Assembly: GCA_965228895.1 (NCBI GenBank)
Contig: OZ245842.1
Location: 4,768,001 to 4,832,000, forward strand
Origin: Alphaproteobacteria bacterium
GTDB taxonomy: Bacteria; Pseudomonadota; Alphaproteobacteria; SP197
DNA length: 64,000 nt
Direction: 5' to 3'
Numbering within the stretch: position 1 is the stretch's first letter; every line of letters begins with the position of its first letter. A program made the position numbers and the translations under genes. Of this stretch, positions 40,874 to 51,500 are shown piece after piece. The notes below the pieces were generated by a model. The model had not been told where the DNA came from, searched no databases, and saw only the letters and a list, made by a program, of their open reading frames with translations.

Positions 40874-41052
40874 CATAACGCGAAAAAGCAGGTGCAGCTA
40901 GAGTACAATAACCCTTAATTCACGTCATAGTTGTCTAGAAGCTGAATTCGCGAATTCGCGCTAAAGTTTAGTCAGGCTGCGCGCCGATTGGGGCGATGAC
41001 GGGGCCATACCGGGGAAATGTCGTGGCGTGCCGGTAGGTCGGTGCCGGTCGG

Positions 41053-41667
41053 TCAGGCCCAGGCCGCGCGCACGGTCTCGCGGTGGCGGGCGAGCCACAG
41101 CAGCGCGATCACCGTGTGGGAGGCGACCAGGCGGCCGTCATCGGCCATGGCGATGGCGTCATCGGCAGCCATGACGTGGACGCGGATATCCTCGCCCTCG
41201 TCGTCGAGGCCGTGGATGCCGCCGGCGCCATCGGCGTCGACCTCGCCGAGGAAGACGTCGATTGCTTCGGTCACCGCGCCCGGCGACGGCAGAAAGCGGG
41301 TGATCGGTTTGAGGCGCTTGAGCTCGAGCCCCGCCTCCTCCATGACCTCCCGGCGCACGGTGGTCTCCGCGTCCTCGCCATCGTCGATGATCCCGGCGGG
41401 GATTTCGATCAGCCAGGGCGGGTCGACGGTCGGGATGGCGGCGACGCGGAACTGTTCGACCAGGACGACCTGATCCGTCTTGGGATCATAGGGCAGAACC
41501 GCGGCGGCATGGCCACGCTCGAAGACCTCAAGCGCGCGTTCTTCACCCCAGCCGCCGGCAAAAAGCGTGTGGCGGACATGCCAGCGATCGAGCTCGAAGT
41601 AGCCGCGATGACAGGGCTCGACCTTCAGCACCTCGAACTTCTTTTCGCCCATGATCCCGTTTCCCAT
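41053..41667 (-). CDS. nudF: ADP-ribose pyrophosphatase (NudF-like)
   Basis: ERGHAAAVLPYDP, VLVEQFR, EIPAG, RREVMEEAG, GLDDEGEDI. Confidence 0.88.
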   Translation of the reverse strand: MGNGIMGEKKFEVLKVEPCHRGYFELDRWHVRHTLFAGGWGEERALEVFERGHAAAVLPYDPKTDQVVLVEQFRVAAIPTVDPPWLIEIPAGIIDDGEDAETTVRREVMEEAGLELKRLKPITRFLPSPGAVTEAIDVFLGEVDADGAGGIHGLDDEGEDIRVHVMAADDAIAMADDGRLVASHTVIALLWLARHRETVRAAWA

Positions 41668-41723
41668 GGCAACCGGTCGCGCTGCTTAGCACGGTTCCGG
41701 CGATGTCGCCGCTCTATCCCCTG

Positions 41724-41802
41724 GCATCACCGGCCCACTCCCCCTCCCGGTCACCCATGGCAGCATCCTCGGGGTGGCCGGGAGGGGGAGTGGGCCGGCG
41801 CT
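41724..41802. repeat. Family A GC-rich hairpin repeat, copy 2 (inverted relative to copy 1)
   Basis: CCGGCCCACTCCCCCTCCCGGTCACCCATGGCAGCATCCTCGGGGTGGCCGGGAGGGGGAGTGGGCCGG. Confidence 0.82.
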
Positions 41803-41822
41803 GATCGCGCGAGCGATACTAA

Positions 41823-42353
41823 CTAGACAGAGACTCCGGCCGCTGCGAGCGCGGCGCGATAGACATCAGTGTCGTCGTCGCCGAAACAGCAAAAGATGAC
41901 TTCGCGCGGAGGATCGTGGATGGACAGAAAGTCGGTGACCTCATGCACCGCGATGCGGGCGGCGCGTGCGATCGGGAAACCGTAGATGCCGGTGCTGATC
42001 GACGGGAACGCGACGGTGGCGAGCCGGTTCTGGTTGGCGATCTCCAGCACCGAACGGTAGCAGTTGGCGAGCAATTGCGGTTCGTTCCTGCCGCCGCCAT
42101 GCCAGACCGGCCCGGCGGTGTGGATGACGTAGTCGGCGGCCAGATCATAACCGCCGGTCAAAACGGCGGTGCCGGTCGGGCAGCCACCGATGGCGCGGCA
42201 TTCCTCGTCCAGCTTCGGCCCGGCCGCGCGCCGGATCGCGCCGTCGACGCCGCCGCCGGCGATCAGGCCTTCGTTGGCCGCGTTGACGATAGCCGCGACC
42301 GCAAGCTTGGTGATGTCACCGTCGATCAGCCTGATGCGCTGGCTGAGATCCAT
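41823..42353 (-). CDS. Macro domain protein (YmdB-like O-acetyl-ADP-ribose deacetylase)
   Basis: GDIT, IVNAAN, GGGVDGAI, IHTAGP, FPSISTGIYGFP. Confidence 0.92.
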   Translation of the reverse strand: MDLSQRIRLIDGDITKLAVAAIVNAANEGLIAGGGVDGAIRRAAGPKLDEECRAIGGCPTGTAVLTGGYDLAADYVIHTAGPVWHGGGRNEPQLLANCYRSVLEIANQNRLATVAFPSISTGIYGFPIARAARIAVHEVTDFLSIHDPPREVIFCCFGDDDTDVYRAALAAAGVSV

Positions 42354-42490
42354 GCCCCTTCTCCCCGCTGGTAGTTTAGCGGCTCGAAACGGGTCATGCA
42401 CGCGCACGCCGCCACAGACTTTCGCAATGCCGAACGAACGCTTAGAGTCCCGCGCCCGCGCCGCGTCACGCCAACAAGAACAGGACCCCC

Positions 42491-44080
42491 ATGCGCCCTT
42501 TCTATTCGCCGCCCCGCTCCGTCGCCCATGCCGAGGATGGCATGGCGGCGACCTCCCATCCCCACGCCACGCTTGCCGCGCTGGATTGCCTGCGTGCCGG
42601 CGGCACGGCGATGGATGCGGCGGTGACGGCGGCGGCGGTGCTGGCGGTTGTCGAACCGATGTCGACGGGCATCGGCGGCGACGTCTTCTGTCTCTATGCG
42701 CCCAAGGGCTCGGCGGACATCATCGCCTATAACGGTTCCGGGCGCGCGCCGGCCAAGGCAGAGGCTGCGTGGTTTCTGGAGCAGGGTATCACGGCGATCG
42801 ACGCCAACACCGCCCACGCGGTCACCGTGCCCGGCACGATCGAGGCGTGGTGCCGGCTGGCCGCCGACCACGGCCTTAAAAGCATGGACGAGATTCTGGC
42901 GCCGGCCATTCGTTACGCCGAAGCCGGCTACACGATCCAGCCGGTGGTCGGCGCCATGTGGCGCGAATGCGCGGCCCGCCTGCGCGGCGACGACAACGCG
43001 CGCGCCATCCTGCTGGTCGATGACGAAGCGCCGGCGGTCGGCGCCGTGCACAGCCAGCCGCTGCTCGCCAAGACGCTGAAGGAGGTTGCCGCCAAAGGTG
43101 CTGCGGGTTTTTACGAAGGCTGGGTCGCCGAAGACATGGTGACCTACCTGAACGGCCTGGGCGGTTTGCACACGCTCGACGACATTGCCGGCGCCGCCGG
43201 CGAATACGTGACGCCGATCGCGACCGACTATGGCGGTTACCGGGTGCACGAATGCCCGCCCAACGGCCAGGGCGTCATCGCGCTCCTTATGATGAACATC
43301 CTGAACGGCTACGACATCGCGGCGATGGATCCTCTGGGCGCCGAGCGTCTGCATCTGACGCTGGAAGCCGGACGCCTGGCGTTCCGCGACCGCGCCGCCT
43401 ATGTCGCCGATCCCGCCATGGCCGAGGTGCCGGTCGAGGCCCTGCTGTCGGAGGCTTACGCCGCCGAACAGCGCGGCCTGATCGATCCCGAACGCGCCAT
43501 GGTCGACGTGCCGCCGCCGTCACTGCCGAAACACAAGGACACGGTCTACCTGACCGTGGTCGACAAGGACCGCAACGCCGCGAGCTTCATCAACTCGCTC
43601 TACTATGGTTTCGGCAGCGCGCGGGTCGCACCGCAATCGGGCGTCTGTTTTCAGAACCGGGGTTCCGGCTTTGTCATTCAGCCCGGCCATCCCAACTGCA
43701 TCGCGCCCGGCAAACGACCGATGCACACGATCATCCCGGCGATGCTGACCAAGGGCGAGCGCACCGTCATGCCGTTCGGTGTGATGGGCGGCGACTACCA
43801 GCCCTGGGGCCACACCCACTTCCTGCAGAACGTGCTGGACTATGGCATGGATGTGCAGGAGGCGTTCGACCTGCCGCGCTTTATGATCGACAGCGGCGTG
43901 GCGGTGCTGGAAGCCGGCGTGCCCAGCCCGACCGCCCGGGCGCTCGCCGGCATGGGCCACGCGGTGACGATCGCCGGCGACGACCATGGCGGCGGTCAGG
44001 CGATCTGGATCGATTGGGAACGCGGCACCCTTGCCGGCGGCACCGAGCCGCGCAAGGACGGCATTGCGATGGGCTACTGA
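42491..44080 (+). CDS. ggt: Gamma-glutamyltransferase family protein
   Basis: GIGGD, VTVPG, PPNGQG, DTVYL (Thr nucleophile), KRPMHTIIP, GVMGG, PRKDG. Confidence 0.92.
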   Translation: MRPFYSPPRSVAHAEDGMAATSHPHATLAALDCLRAGGTAMDAAVTAAAVLAVVEPMSTGIGGDVFCLYAPKGSADIIAYNGSGRAPAKAEAAWFLEQGITAIDANTAHAVTVPGTIEAWCRLAADHGLKSMDEILAPAIRYAEAGYTIQPVVGAMWRECAARLRGDDNARAILLVDDEAPAVGAVHSQPLLAKTLKEVAAKGAAGFYEGWVAEDMVTYLNGLGGLHTLDDIAGAAGEYVTPIATDYGGYRVHECPPNGQGVIALLMMNILNGYDIAAMDPLGAERLHLTLEAGRLAFRDRAAYVADPAMAEVPVEALLSEAYAAEQRGLIDPERAMVDVPPPSLPKHKDTVYLTVVDKDRNAASFINSLYYGFGSARVAPQSGVCFQNRGSGFVIQPGHPNCIAPGKRPMHTIIPAMLTKGERTVMPFGVMGGDYQPWGHTHFLQNVLDYGMDVQEAFDLPRFMIDSGVAVLEAGVPSPTARALAGMGHAVTIAGDDHGGGQAIWIDWERGTLAGGTEPRKDGIAMGY

Positions 44081-44082
44081 TC

Positions 44083-44916
44083 ATGCGCACGGTAACACTG
44101 CCCGGCGGCGAAGTGGTTCCCGCGCTCGGTCTCGGCACATGGCGCATGGGCGAGAACCGCAAGGCGTGGTCGGACGAGGTCAAGGCGCTCAACTACGGCC
44201 TCGATCTCGGCATGACCCTGATCGACACCGCGGAGATGTACGGCGAAGGCGGCGCCGAACGGGTCGTCGGCGAGGTGTTGAAGTCCCGCCGCGACGAGGT
44301 CTTCCTGGTCTCCAAGGTCTATCCCCACAACGCGACCTATGAAGGCGTCCAGGACGCCTGCGCGCGCAGCCTGAAACGCCTGGCGACCGACCGCATCGAT
44401 CTCTACCTGCTGCACTGGCCGGGCTCGACACCCATCGCCGAAACGGTCGAGGGGTTCGAGCGCCTTGTCGAGGTCGGCGACATCCGCCGTTGGGGCGTCA
44501 GCAATTTCGACACCGCCGACATGGACGGCCTGTGGAGCACGGCCGACGGCCGCAACTGTGCGACCAACCAGGTGCTCTACAATCTCGCGCGGCGCGGCAT
44601 CGAGCACGACCTTCTGCCGTGGAGCCAGGCCCGCGACCTGCCGGTCATGGCCTATTCCCCCTTGGAGCAAGGCCGGCAGTTGGGCAGCGGCGCACTGGAG
44701 ACCGTGGCCGAGCGCCACGGCGTCACGCCATTACAAGTCGCACTGGCCTGGTGCCTGCGCCGGCGCGACATCATCGCCATTCCCAAGGCCGTCAGAACCG
44801 AACACCTGGACGACAACCGGGCGGCGCTGGACATCACCTTGAACGCCAACGACCTCGCCGACCTCGATGCCGCCTTCCCGCCGCCGGAAGACAAGCTGCC
44901 GCTGGCGATCCTATAG
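44083..44916 (+). CDS. Aldo/keto reductase
   Basis: LGLGTW, IDTAEMY, SKV, DLYLLHWP, GVSNF, AYSPL, IPKA. Confidence 0.93.
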   Translation: MRTVTLPGGEVVPALGLGTWRMGENRKAWSDEVKALNYGLDLGMTLIDTAEMYGEGGAERVVGEVLKSRRDEVFLVSKVYPHNATYEGVQDACARSLKRLATDRIDLYLLHWPGSTPIAETVEGFERLVEVGDIRRWGVSNFDTADMDGLWSTADGRNCATNQVLYNLARRGIEHDLLPWSQARDLPVMAYSPLEQGRQLGSGALETVAERHGVTPLQVALAWCLRRRDIIAIPKAVRTEHLDDNRAALDITLNANDLADLDAAFPPPEDKLPLAIL

Positions 44917-44937
44917 GTACGTTAACAGTTTTAGTCG

Positions 44938-45046
44938 GCATCACCGGCCCGCTCCCCCACCTCCGGGGCAAAACGCCGAGAGGCGTTTTCGCCGAGGCCA
45001 CCCCGAGGATGCTGCCATGGGTGGCCGGGCGGGGGAGTGGGCTGGC
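44938..45046. repeat. Family A hairpin repeat, copy 3, with an extra internal hairpin
   Basis: Same arms and GGATGCTGCCATG loop, plus inserted AAAACGCC-GAGA-GGCGTTTT. Confidence 0.78.
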
Positions 45047-45081
45047 CCCGGCTACGCGCAAGCGGCTCGAACCCTAGACAA

Positions 45082-45699
45082 CTACATCAAGACCTCGACA
45101 TGGGCGTCCTGAGGCGTGCCGTCGCCGCCATTGGTCGGATAGACATCGTCCGGACACGCTGAGAATGCCATCAGGCAATCGGCTTCGGCGGTGATCTCCA
45201 CGTAGTCGCCCGGCCGTGATGTCGGCCGCACATAGTCGATGGTGCGGCCGTCCTTGACCGGCGCCAGCATGAAAAGGTTCCAGGGGCTTGGCGTGAACGG
45301 CAGGCTGCGACCGTGGGTCGCGAGCGCGGCCGCCAAATTGTCGGCGCAGTTGGCATGATCGGCGCCGACCCCGGCATGGACGTACATGGCCCGGCTGCAG
45401 GCGGCGATCAGCGTGTCGTGGCCGCCCGGCGACGTGTCGGCGGTGATGGTGAGAAGCGGCCGGTAGCGGTTGTCGATCAACGTATCACCGGGTTCGAAGA
45501 CGATGCGCTGCAGCACCTCCCGGCAATGCTCAAGCGATAGAAAGGCCGTCGGATCGGCATCGGGGAAGGCCCAGGTATCGACAACCTGGGTCCCCGGCGT
45601 GTTGATGACGCGCAGTCGCTCGCCGGCGGTGAGGGGGACCGCCAGCCCGTGGCGCGCCGGAATGGTCAGCCGCTGCCTGATCTCTCCCGGTTGAACCAT
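45082..45699 (-). CDS. Urea carboxylase-associated (DUF1989) family protein
   Basis: GTQVVDTWAF, HDTLIAAC, CADNL, PWNLFM, SACP. Confidence 0.85.
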   Translation of the reverse strand: MVQPGEIRQRLTIPARHGLAVPLTAGERLRVINTPGTQVVDTWAFPDADPTAFLSLEHCREVLQRIVFEPGDTLIDNRYRPLLTITADTSPGGHDTLIAACSRAMYVHAGVGADHANCADNLAAALATHGRSLPFTPSPWNLFMLAPVKDGRTIDYVRPTSRPGDYVEITAEADCLMAFSACPDDVYPTNGGDGTPQDAHVEVLM

Positions 45700-45810
45700 G
45701 GTTATCTCCCTGTTTGGGCAATCAGATGTGTGACGGGCGGTTGTTCTCAAGCCCACCTGCCACATGCTAGGTTGTCCGTCCGCCCTTGGCTCAAAGTTTC
45801 AGGACATCCG

Positions 45811-47148
45811 ATGGATAACGACTCATTCAACTATCCCGACCGGCCCAACGATCTTTCATCCTATTGGATGCCGTTCACGGCCAACCAGGCCTATAAAAAG
45901 GCGCCACGCCTGATGGTTGGGGCCAAAGACATGCACTACACGACCGTCGACGGCCGCCAGATCCTGGACGGCACCGCGGGCCTTTGGTGCTGCAACGCGG
46001 GCCACGGCCGCGGCAAGATCGCCGAAGCGGTTAAAAAACAGGTCGATCGCATGGATTTCGCGCCGTCGTTCCAGCTCGGCCACCCCGCGGCGTTCGAGTT
46101 CGCCAACCGCCTGGCAGATTTGATGCCGGGCGATCTGGACCACGTCTTTTTCACCAATTCCGGCTCTGAGTCCGCAGATACAGCGCTTAAAATCGCACTC
46201 GGCTACCACTATGTCCGCGGCAAAGGCTCGAAAACCCGGCTGATCGGGCGTGAGCGCGGCTATCACGGCACCAATTTCGGCGGCACGTCGGTCGGCGGCA
46301 TCGTCAAGAACCGCATGTTCTACGGCAGCCTCCTGGCCGGCACCGACCACATCCGCCACACCCACGACATCGAGCACAACGCGTTTTCAAAAGGCGAGCC
46401 GGAATGGGGCGCCCACCTGGCCGACGATCTGGAGCGTCTCGTCCAACTGCATGACGCCTCGACCATCGCCGCCGTCATCGTCGAGCCGGTCGCCGGATCG
46501 ACCGGCGTCTTGATCCCGCCCAAGGGTTATCTCAAACGTCTGCGCGAGATCTGCGACAGGCACGACATCCTGCTGATCTTCGATGAGGTGATCACCGGCT
46601 TCGGCCGTCTGGGCGCGAGCTTCGCGACCGAGTACTTCGGTGTTGAGCCGGACATCGCGACCACCGCCAAGGGTCTGACCAACGCGGTCGTGCCGATGGG
46701 CGCGGTGTTCTGCAAAAAGAAGATTTACGACGCTTATATGGAGAACACGAAGTCGGGCATCGAGCTCTTCCACGGTTACACCTATTCCGGTCATCCCCTG
46801 GCCGCCGTTGCCGGCATCGCAACCCTTGACGTCTATAAGGAAGAAGGCTTGTTCGAGCGCGCCGCCGAACTTTCCGATTACTGGGAAGATGCGCTGTGGT
46901 CGCTTAAGGGCGGCCACCATGTCATTGACCTGCGCAATCTAGGTTTGATCGCCGGCATCGAGTTGGAACCTCGCCCCGGCGCCCCGACGGCACGCGCCAT
47001 GGAAGCGTTCCAGAAGTGCTTCGACGACGGTGTTCTGATCCGCGTGACCGGCGATATCATCGCGCTGTCACCGCCCCTGATTGTCCAAAAGAATCAAATC
47101 GATCAGATGTTTGACACGATTGGCAATGCGTTGAAGGCGGTCGATTAA
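45811..47148 (+). CDS. Class III aminotransferase (omega-amino acid/beta-alanine:pyruvate type)
   Basis: WMPFTAN, DGTAGLWC, NSGSE, FDEVITGFGR, TAKG, HGYTYSGHP. Confidence 0.93.
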   Translation: MDNDSFNYPDRPNDLSSYWMPFTANQAYKKAPRLMVGAKDMHYTTVDGRQILDGTAGLWCCNAGHGRGKIAEAVKKQVDRMDFAPSFQLGHPAAFEFANRLADLMPGDLDHVFFTNSGSESADTALKIALGYHYVRGKGSKTRLIGRERGYHGTNFGGTSVGGIVKNRMFYGSLLAGTDHIRHTHDIEHNAFSKGEPEWGAHLADDLERLVQLHDASTIAAVIVEPVAGSTGVLIPPKGYLKRLREICDRHDILLIFDEVITGFGRLGASFATEYFGVEPDIATTAKGLTNAVVPMGAVFCKKKIYDAYMENTKSGIELFHGYTYSGHPLAAVAGIATLDVYKEEGLFERAAELSDYWEDALWSLKGGHHVIDLRNLGLIAGIELEPRPGAPTARAMEAFQKCFDDGVLIRVTGDIIALSPPLIVQKNQIDQMFDTIGNALKAVD

Positions 47149-47197
47149 TCGCTATAGTAGTCGTGGATTGGGGCCACTGAAAAAAGTACTCGAGACG

Positions 47198-48517
47198 ATG
47201 GCGCAGCGAACCATCAGCGCGGCAGTCTGCCGCCGCCTTGCCGCATGTCTTGTCGTCGGGTCCTTGCTGGTGGCGTGCGACGATGGTCAGCCGCAGCAAG
47301 CCGCCTCGGCAGCGCCTGCGCCATCCGTTGTCGTCGCACCAGTCATAGAGCGCGAACTGAAGGGTCAAACGACCTTTGTCGGACGAACCGTGGCGGTCGA
47401 CTATGTCGAGCTGGCGGCCCAGGTCGAGGGATACCTGCAGGAGCGCCTGTTCACGGAAGGCCAGTTGGTCCAACCCGGCGACCTGCTGTTCACGATTGAC
47501 CCCGCTTTGTTCCAGGCGGCCGTTGAGTCCGCCCAGGCGACGGTCGCCAAGGCCCAGGCCAGCGTCACCGAGACCAGCAGCCAGCTGGACCGCACCAAGG
47601 AGCTTTACGGAACGCAAGATGTCAGTAAAGCCAGGCTGGATCAGGACACCGCATCATTTCTGCAAGCCCAAGCGGACCTTCAGGTCGCGCAGGCCGAACT
47701 GAAACAGGCCCAGGTCGATCTCGACTTCACCCGCATCATGGCGCCGATCGCGGGACAAATCGGCGAAGCCCGCTACTCGATTGGCAATTTGATCACGTCC
47801 AGCAGCGATCCGCTGGCGACGATCACCAGCCTGGACCCGATCTACGTCACCTTCACGGTCAGCGAGCGCGACATTCTTCGTGTCAAACGCCTGCGCATAC
47901 AACAGGGCGATGACGCCACGTTCGACACCTTGGACGGTCTCGATACGATGGTCGTTCCCAAAGTCGAACTGCCCGACGGCACCATGTATGATCAGCCCGG
48001 CGAAATTGACTTTGTCGACAACACGGTCGATCCCCGGACCGGTACCGTGACAATCCGCGCCGTCTTTCCCAACCCCCACGTGTTGCTGGCACCCGGACAG
48101 TTTGTCTCCGTGCAGATTGAATCGCGCGATGCGACCAAACGCATGGTCGTGCCACAGGCTGCCGTGCAAGAGGATCAACAGGGGGCCTTTGTCCTGGTCG
48201 TCAACTCGCAAAACCAGGTGGAAAAGCGCCAAATTCAAGTCGGCGACACAGAGGGCACCGATTGGATCGTCACGTCAGGTCTGAAGATTGGCGAGTCCGT
48301 CATTGTCGAAGGGCTGCAGAAAGTGCGGGCCGGCGTTGCCGTCAATCCCGTCACACAATCATCGACGGATCAATCGACCTCCGGCGGATCATCCTCGAAC
48401 ACGGGATCCTCGGATACGGCGTCCACGAGTGGATCGTCATCGGACGGATCGTCGTCGGACGGATCGTCGTCGGACGGATCGTCGTCGGACGGGTCATCGT
48501 CGGATCAGGGCAGCTAG
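47198..48517 (+). CDS. RND efflux membrane fusion (periplasmic adaptor) lipoprotein
   Basis: Lipobox LVAC, AQVEGYL, APIAGQIG, VDPRTGT; Ser-rich tail. Confidence 0.9.
   Translation: MAQRTISAAVCRRLAACLVVGSLLVACDDGQPQQAASAAPAPSVVVAPVIERELKGQTTFVGRTVAVDYVELAAQVEGYLQERLFTEGQLVQPGDLLFTIDPALFQAAVESAQATVAKAQASVTETSSQLDRTKELYGTQDVSKARLDQDTASFLQAQADLQVAQAELKQAQVDLDFTRIMAPIAGQIGEARYSIGNLITSSSDPLATITSLDPIYVTFTVSERDILRVKRLRIQQGDDATFDTLDGLDTMVVPKVELPDGTMYDQPGEIDFVDNTVDPRTGTVTIRAVFPNPHVLLAPGQFVSVQIESRDATKRMVVPQAAVQEDQQGAFVLVVNSQNQVEKRQIQVGDTEGTDWIVTSGLKIGESVIVEGLQKVRAGVAVNPVTQSSTDQSTSGGSSSNTGSSDTASTSGSSSDGSSSDGSSSDGSSSDGSSSDQGS
48431..48505 (+). repeat. 15-bp tandem repeat x5 encoding GSSSD
   Basis: GGATCGTCGTCGGAC units, with the three central copies identical. 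Confidence 0.9.
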
Positions 48518-48523
48518 GCAACC

Positions 48524-51500
48524 ATGCTGCCACAGTTCTTTATCGGCCGGCCGAAGTTTGCTTTTGTTATCTCGATCCTGATCACGCTTGCCGGCCTTAT
48601 CTCGCTGACCGTGTTACCGGTTTCGGAGTATCCGGATATCAGCCCGCCGCAGGTCAGCGTAACGGCAACCTATTCCGGCGCGACCTCGGAAGTGATCCAG
48701 GCCACGGTCGGCACACCCATCGAAACACAGGTCAACGGTGTCGACGACATGATGTACATGTCGTCGACAAGCTCGGATTCCGGCAGCTACAGCCTGACGG
48801 TCACGTTCGAGATCGGCACCGACCCCGATATTGCCGCCGTCAACGTTCAAAACCGGGTTTCACTCGCGACCCCGCAGCTGCCCAGCGAAGTCACGGCCCA
48901 GGGCATCTCGGTCAAAAAAGCATCGACCAGCATGTTGATGATTATCAACGTGTCCTCACCAAACAACACATACGACGCGACGTTCCTGAGCAATTATGTC
49001 GATATCAATATCGCCGATGCGTTGTCCCGGGTGGACGGCGTCGGCGACGCGACGATCCTGGGCTCCCAGCCCTACAGCATGCGTATATGGCTGGACCCTG
49101 ACAGGCTCGCCGGATTTGATCTGACAGCTTCGGATGTCGTCCTCGCGATCGCCGAACAGAACATTCAGGCGAGCGCCGGTTCCATCGGCGCGCCGCCGGC
49201 GCCAAGCAATCAGCAATTCCAGTACACGATCCAAACCCAGGGCCGGCTGACCCATCCCGATGAGTTCGGCGACATCATCGTGCAGGCGTTCGAAGACGGC
49301 TCAGACGTCCGCGTCAAGGATGTCGCGCGTGTCGAGCTCGGCGCTCAGTTCTACTCTTCGTTCAGCAACCTCGACGGCCAGCCGACGGCGGCGCTCTCTA
49401 TCTACCAATCGCCGGACGCAAATGCACTGGACGTCGCCAACGCCGTGAAAGCGGAGTTGGAGCAGTTGTCAAAGCGCTTTCCCGAGGACATGGAGTACAA
49501 CGTCACCTACGACACAACCCGCTATGTCCAGGCAACCATCGACGAGGTCATCGAAACCCTGTTGATCGCCTTCGCGCTGGTGGTGTTTGTCACCTTTGTT
49601 TTCCTGCAGAACTGGCGCGCGACGCTGATCCCGACCCTGGCAATTCCGGTCTCGCTGGTCGGCACGTTCGCGGTTCTCTACGTTCTCGGCTACTCGGCCA
49701 ATACCATCTCGCTGTTCGCCCTGATCCTGGCCATCGGCATTGTCGTCGACGATGCGATCATCGTGGTGGAGAACGTCCAGCGCATCATGACCGATGAGGG
49801 TCTGGAACGCCGTGAGGCGACCCGCAAGGCGATGAAACAGATTACCGGTCCGGTCATCGCCACCACCCTGGTGCTGCTCGCAGTTTTTGTGCCGATCGGA
49901 TTCATGCCGGGTTTGTCGGGCAGGATCTATCAGCAGTTCGCCGTGACGATCTCGGTGGCGGTGGTGATCTCGTCGATCAACGCCCTGACCTTGAGTCCGG
50001 CGCTGTGCGCATCACTGCTGCGCAGCGGCACCTTGACAAACAAAGGCCCATTCGGCGTGTTCAACCGCGTGTTCAACAAGGTGCGTGACGGCTACACCGG
50101 CATCGTTGTTGCCCTGGCGCGCCGTGCGATTTTCGGCCTGGCTATCCTGGCTGCCGTGTTTGGTGGCGGCTATGTGCTGTTCAATGCCATACCGACCGGC
50201 TTTTTGCCGGAAGAAGATCGTGGCGCCTTTTTCGTCAATGTCGAACTGCCGGACGCTTCGTCGCTGCCGCGCACGGAAGCCGTGGTCGCCCAGGTCGAAG
50301 AAGTCCTTGCCGGTCTGGATGGTGTTCAGAACATCATCACCATCCCCGGCTACAGCCTGCTGGCCGGCGGCACGCAGTCGAACGGCGGTTTCGCCGTGGT
50401 CGTCCTGAAACCTTGGGACGAGAGAACCGGTTCCGCGCTTTCGATCAACAGCATCATGGGACAAGCACAGGCGAAGCTGTTCGGCTTGGCGACCGCGTCG
50501 GTGTTCGTCTTTAGCCCGCCGCCTATACCGGGCCTGGGTTCGACCGGCGGTCTTAACCTGGAGGTCCAAGACGAGGGCGGCAACACGCCGCAGGCCTTGG
50601 CGCAAGCGGTCAACGCACTGGTCTACAACGCCAACCAGCGGCCCGAACTCAGCAACATTTTCGCGACATTCAGCGCCAACGTGCCGCAGGTTTATGTGAA
50701 CCTGGACCGCCAGAAGGCCGAAGCCATGGGCGTTTCCGTGGTCGACGTCTTCACCGCGCTCCAGGCCAACATGGGTTCGTACTACGTCAACGACTTCAAC
50801 TATCTAAGCCGTGTCTTCCAGGTCATCGTGCAGGCGGAGAGCGATTACCGCAGCACCGTCGATGACATCGGGCGCATCTATGTGCGCTCATCCAATGACG
50901 AGATGATCCCGTTGAGTACGCTGGTCGACGTCACCACGGTTCTCGGCCCGCAGCAGCTGAACGCCTATAACCTGTTCCGTTCGGCCGCCGTCAACGGCCA
51001 GCAGGCGGACGGCTACAGCACCGGCCAAGCGCTGGCCGCCATGGAAGAGGTCGCCGATCAGTACCTGCCACAAGGCTTTACGTTCTCGTGGTCCGGGCAA
51101 TCCCTGCAGGAGCTGGAAGCCGCCGGCAAGACAACCAGTCTGATCATCTTTGCGATCGTGTTCGTCTACCTGTTCCTGGTCGCCCAGTACGAAAGCTGGA
51201 CGATGCCATTCGTCGTTGTCCTGTCGGTGCCGACGGCAGCGCTCGGCGCCCTCGGATTGGTCCTGGTCGTCGGTTCCGACATCAACATCTATACGCAGAT
51301 AGGACTGGTCTTGCTGATAGGCTTGGCGTCAAAGAACGCGATCCTTATCGCCGAGTTCGCCAAAGTTCGGCGCGAAGAGGGCGCGGGCATCGTGGACGCC
51401 GCATCCGAAGCGGCGAAGCTTCGGTTCCGCGCCATCTTGATGACGTCGTTCTCGTTCATTCTTGGCGTCGTGCCGCTGGCCATTGCGGTCGGTGCCGGCG

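Noticed and set aside
40944-40957. Perfect palindrome GAATTCGCGAATTC upstream of toxin 1
   Set aside because: Not reproduced upstream of toxin 2 and no known operator match, so it could be chance.
35694-41052. Cassette 1 as a prophage or transposon
   Set aside because: No integrase, transposase, structural phage genes or clear att/target-site repeats were seen.
43252-44082. Apparent 554-aa aldo/keto reductase fusion
   Set aside because: The upstream part is an alternative frame of ggt; the real gene starts at 44083.
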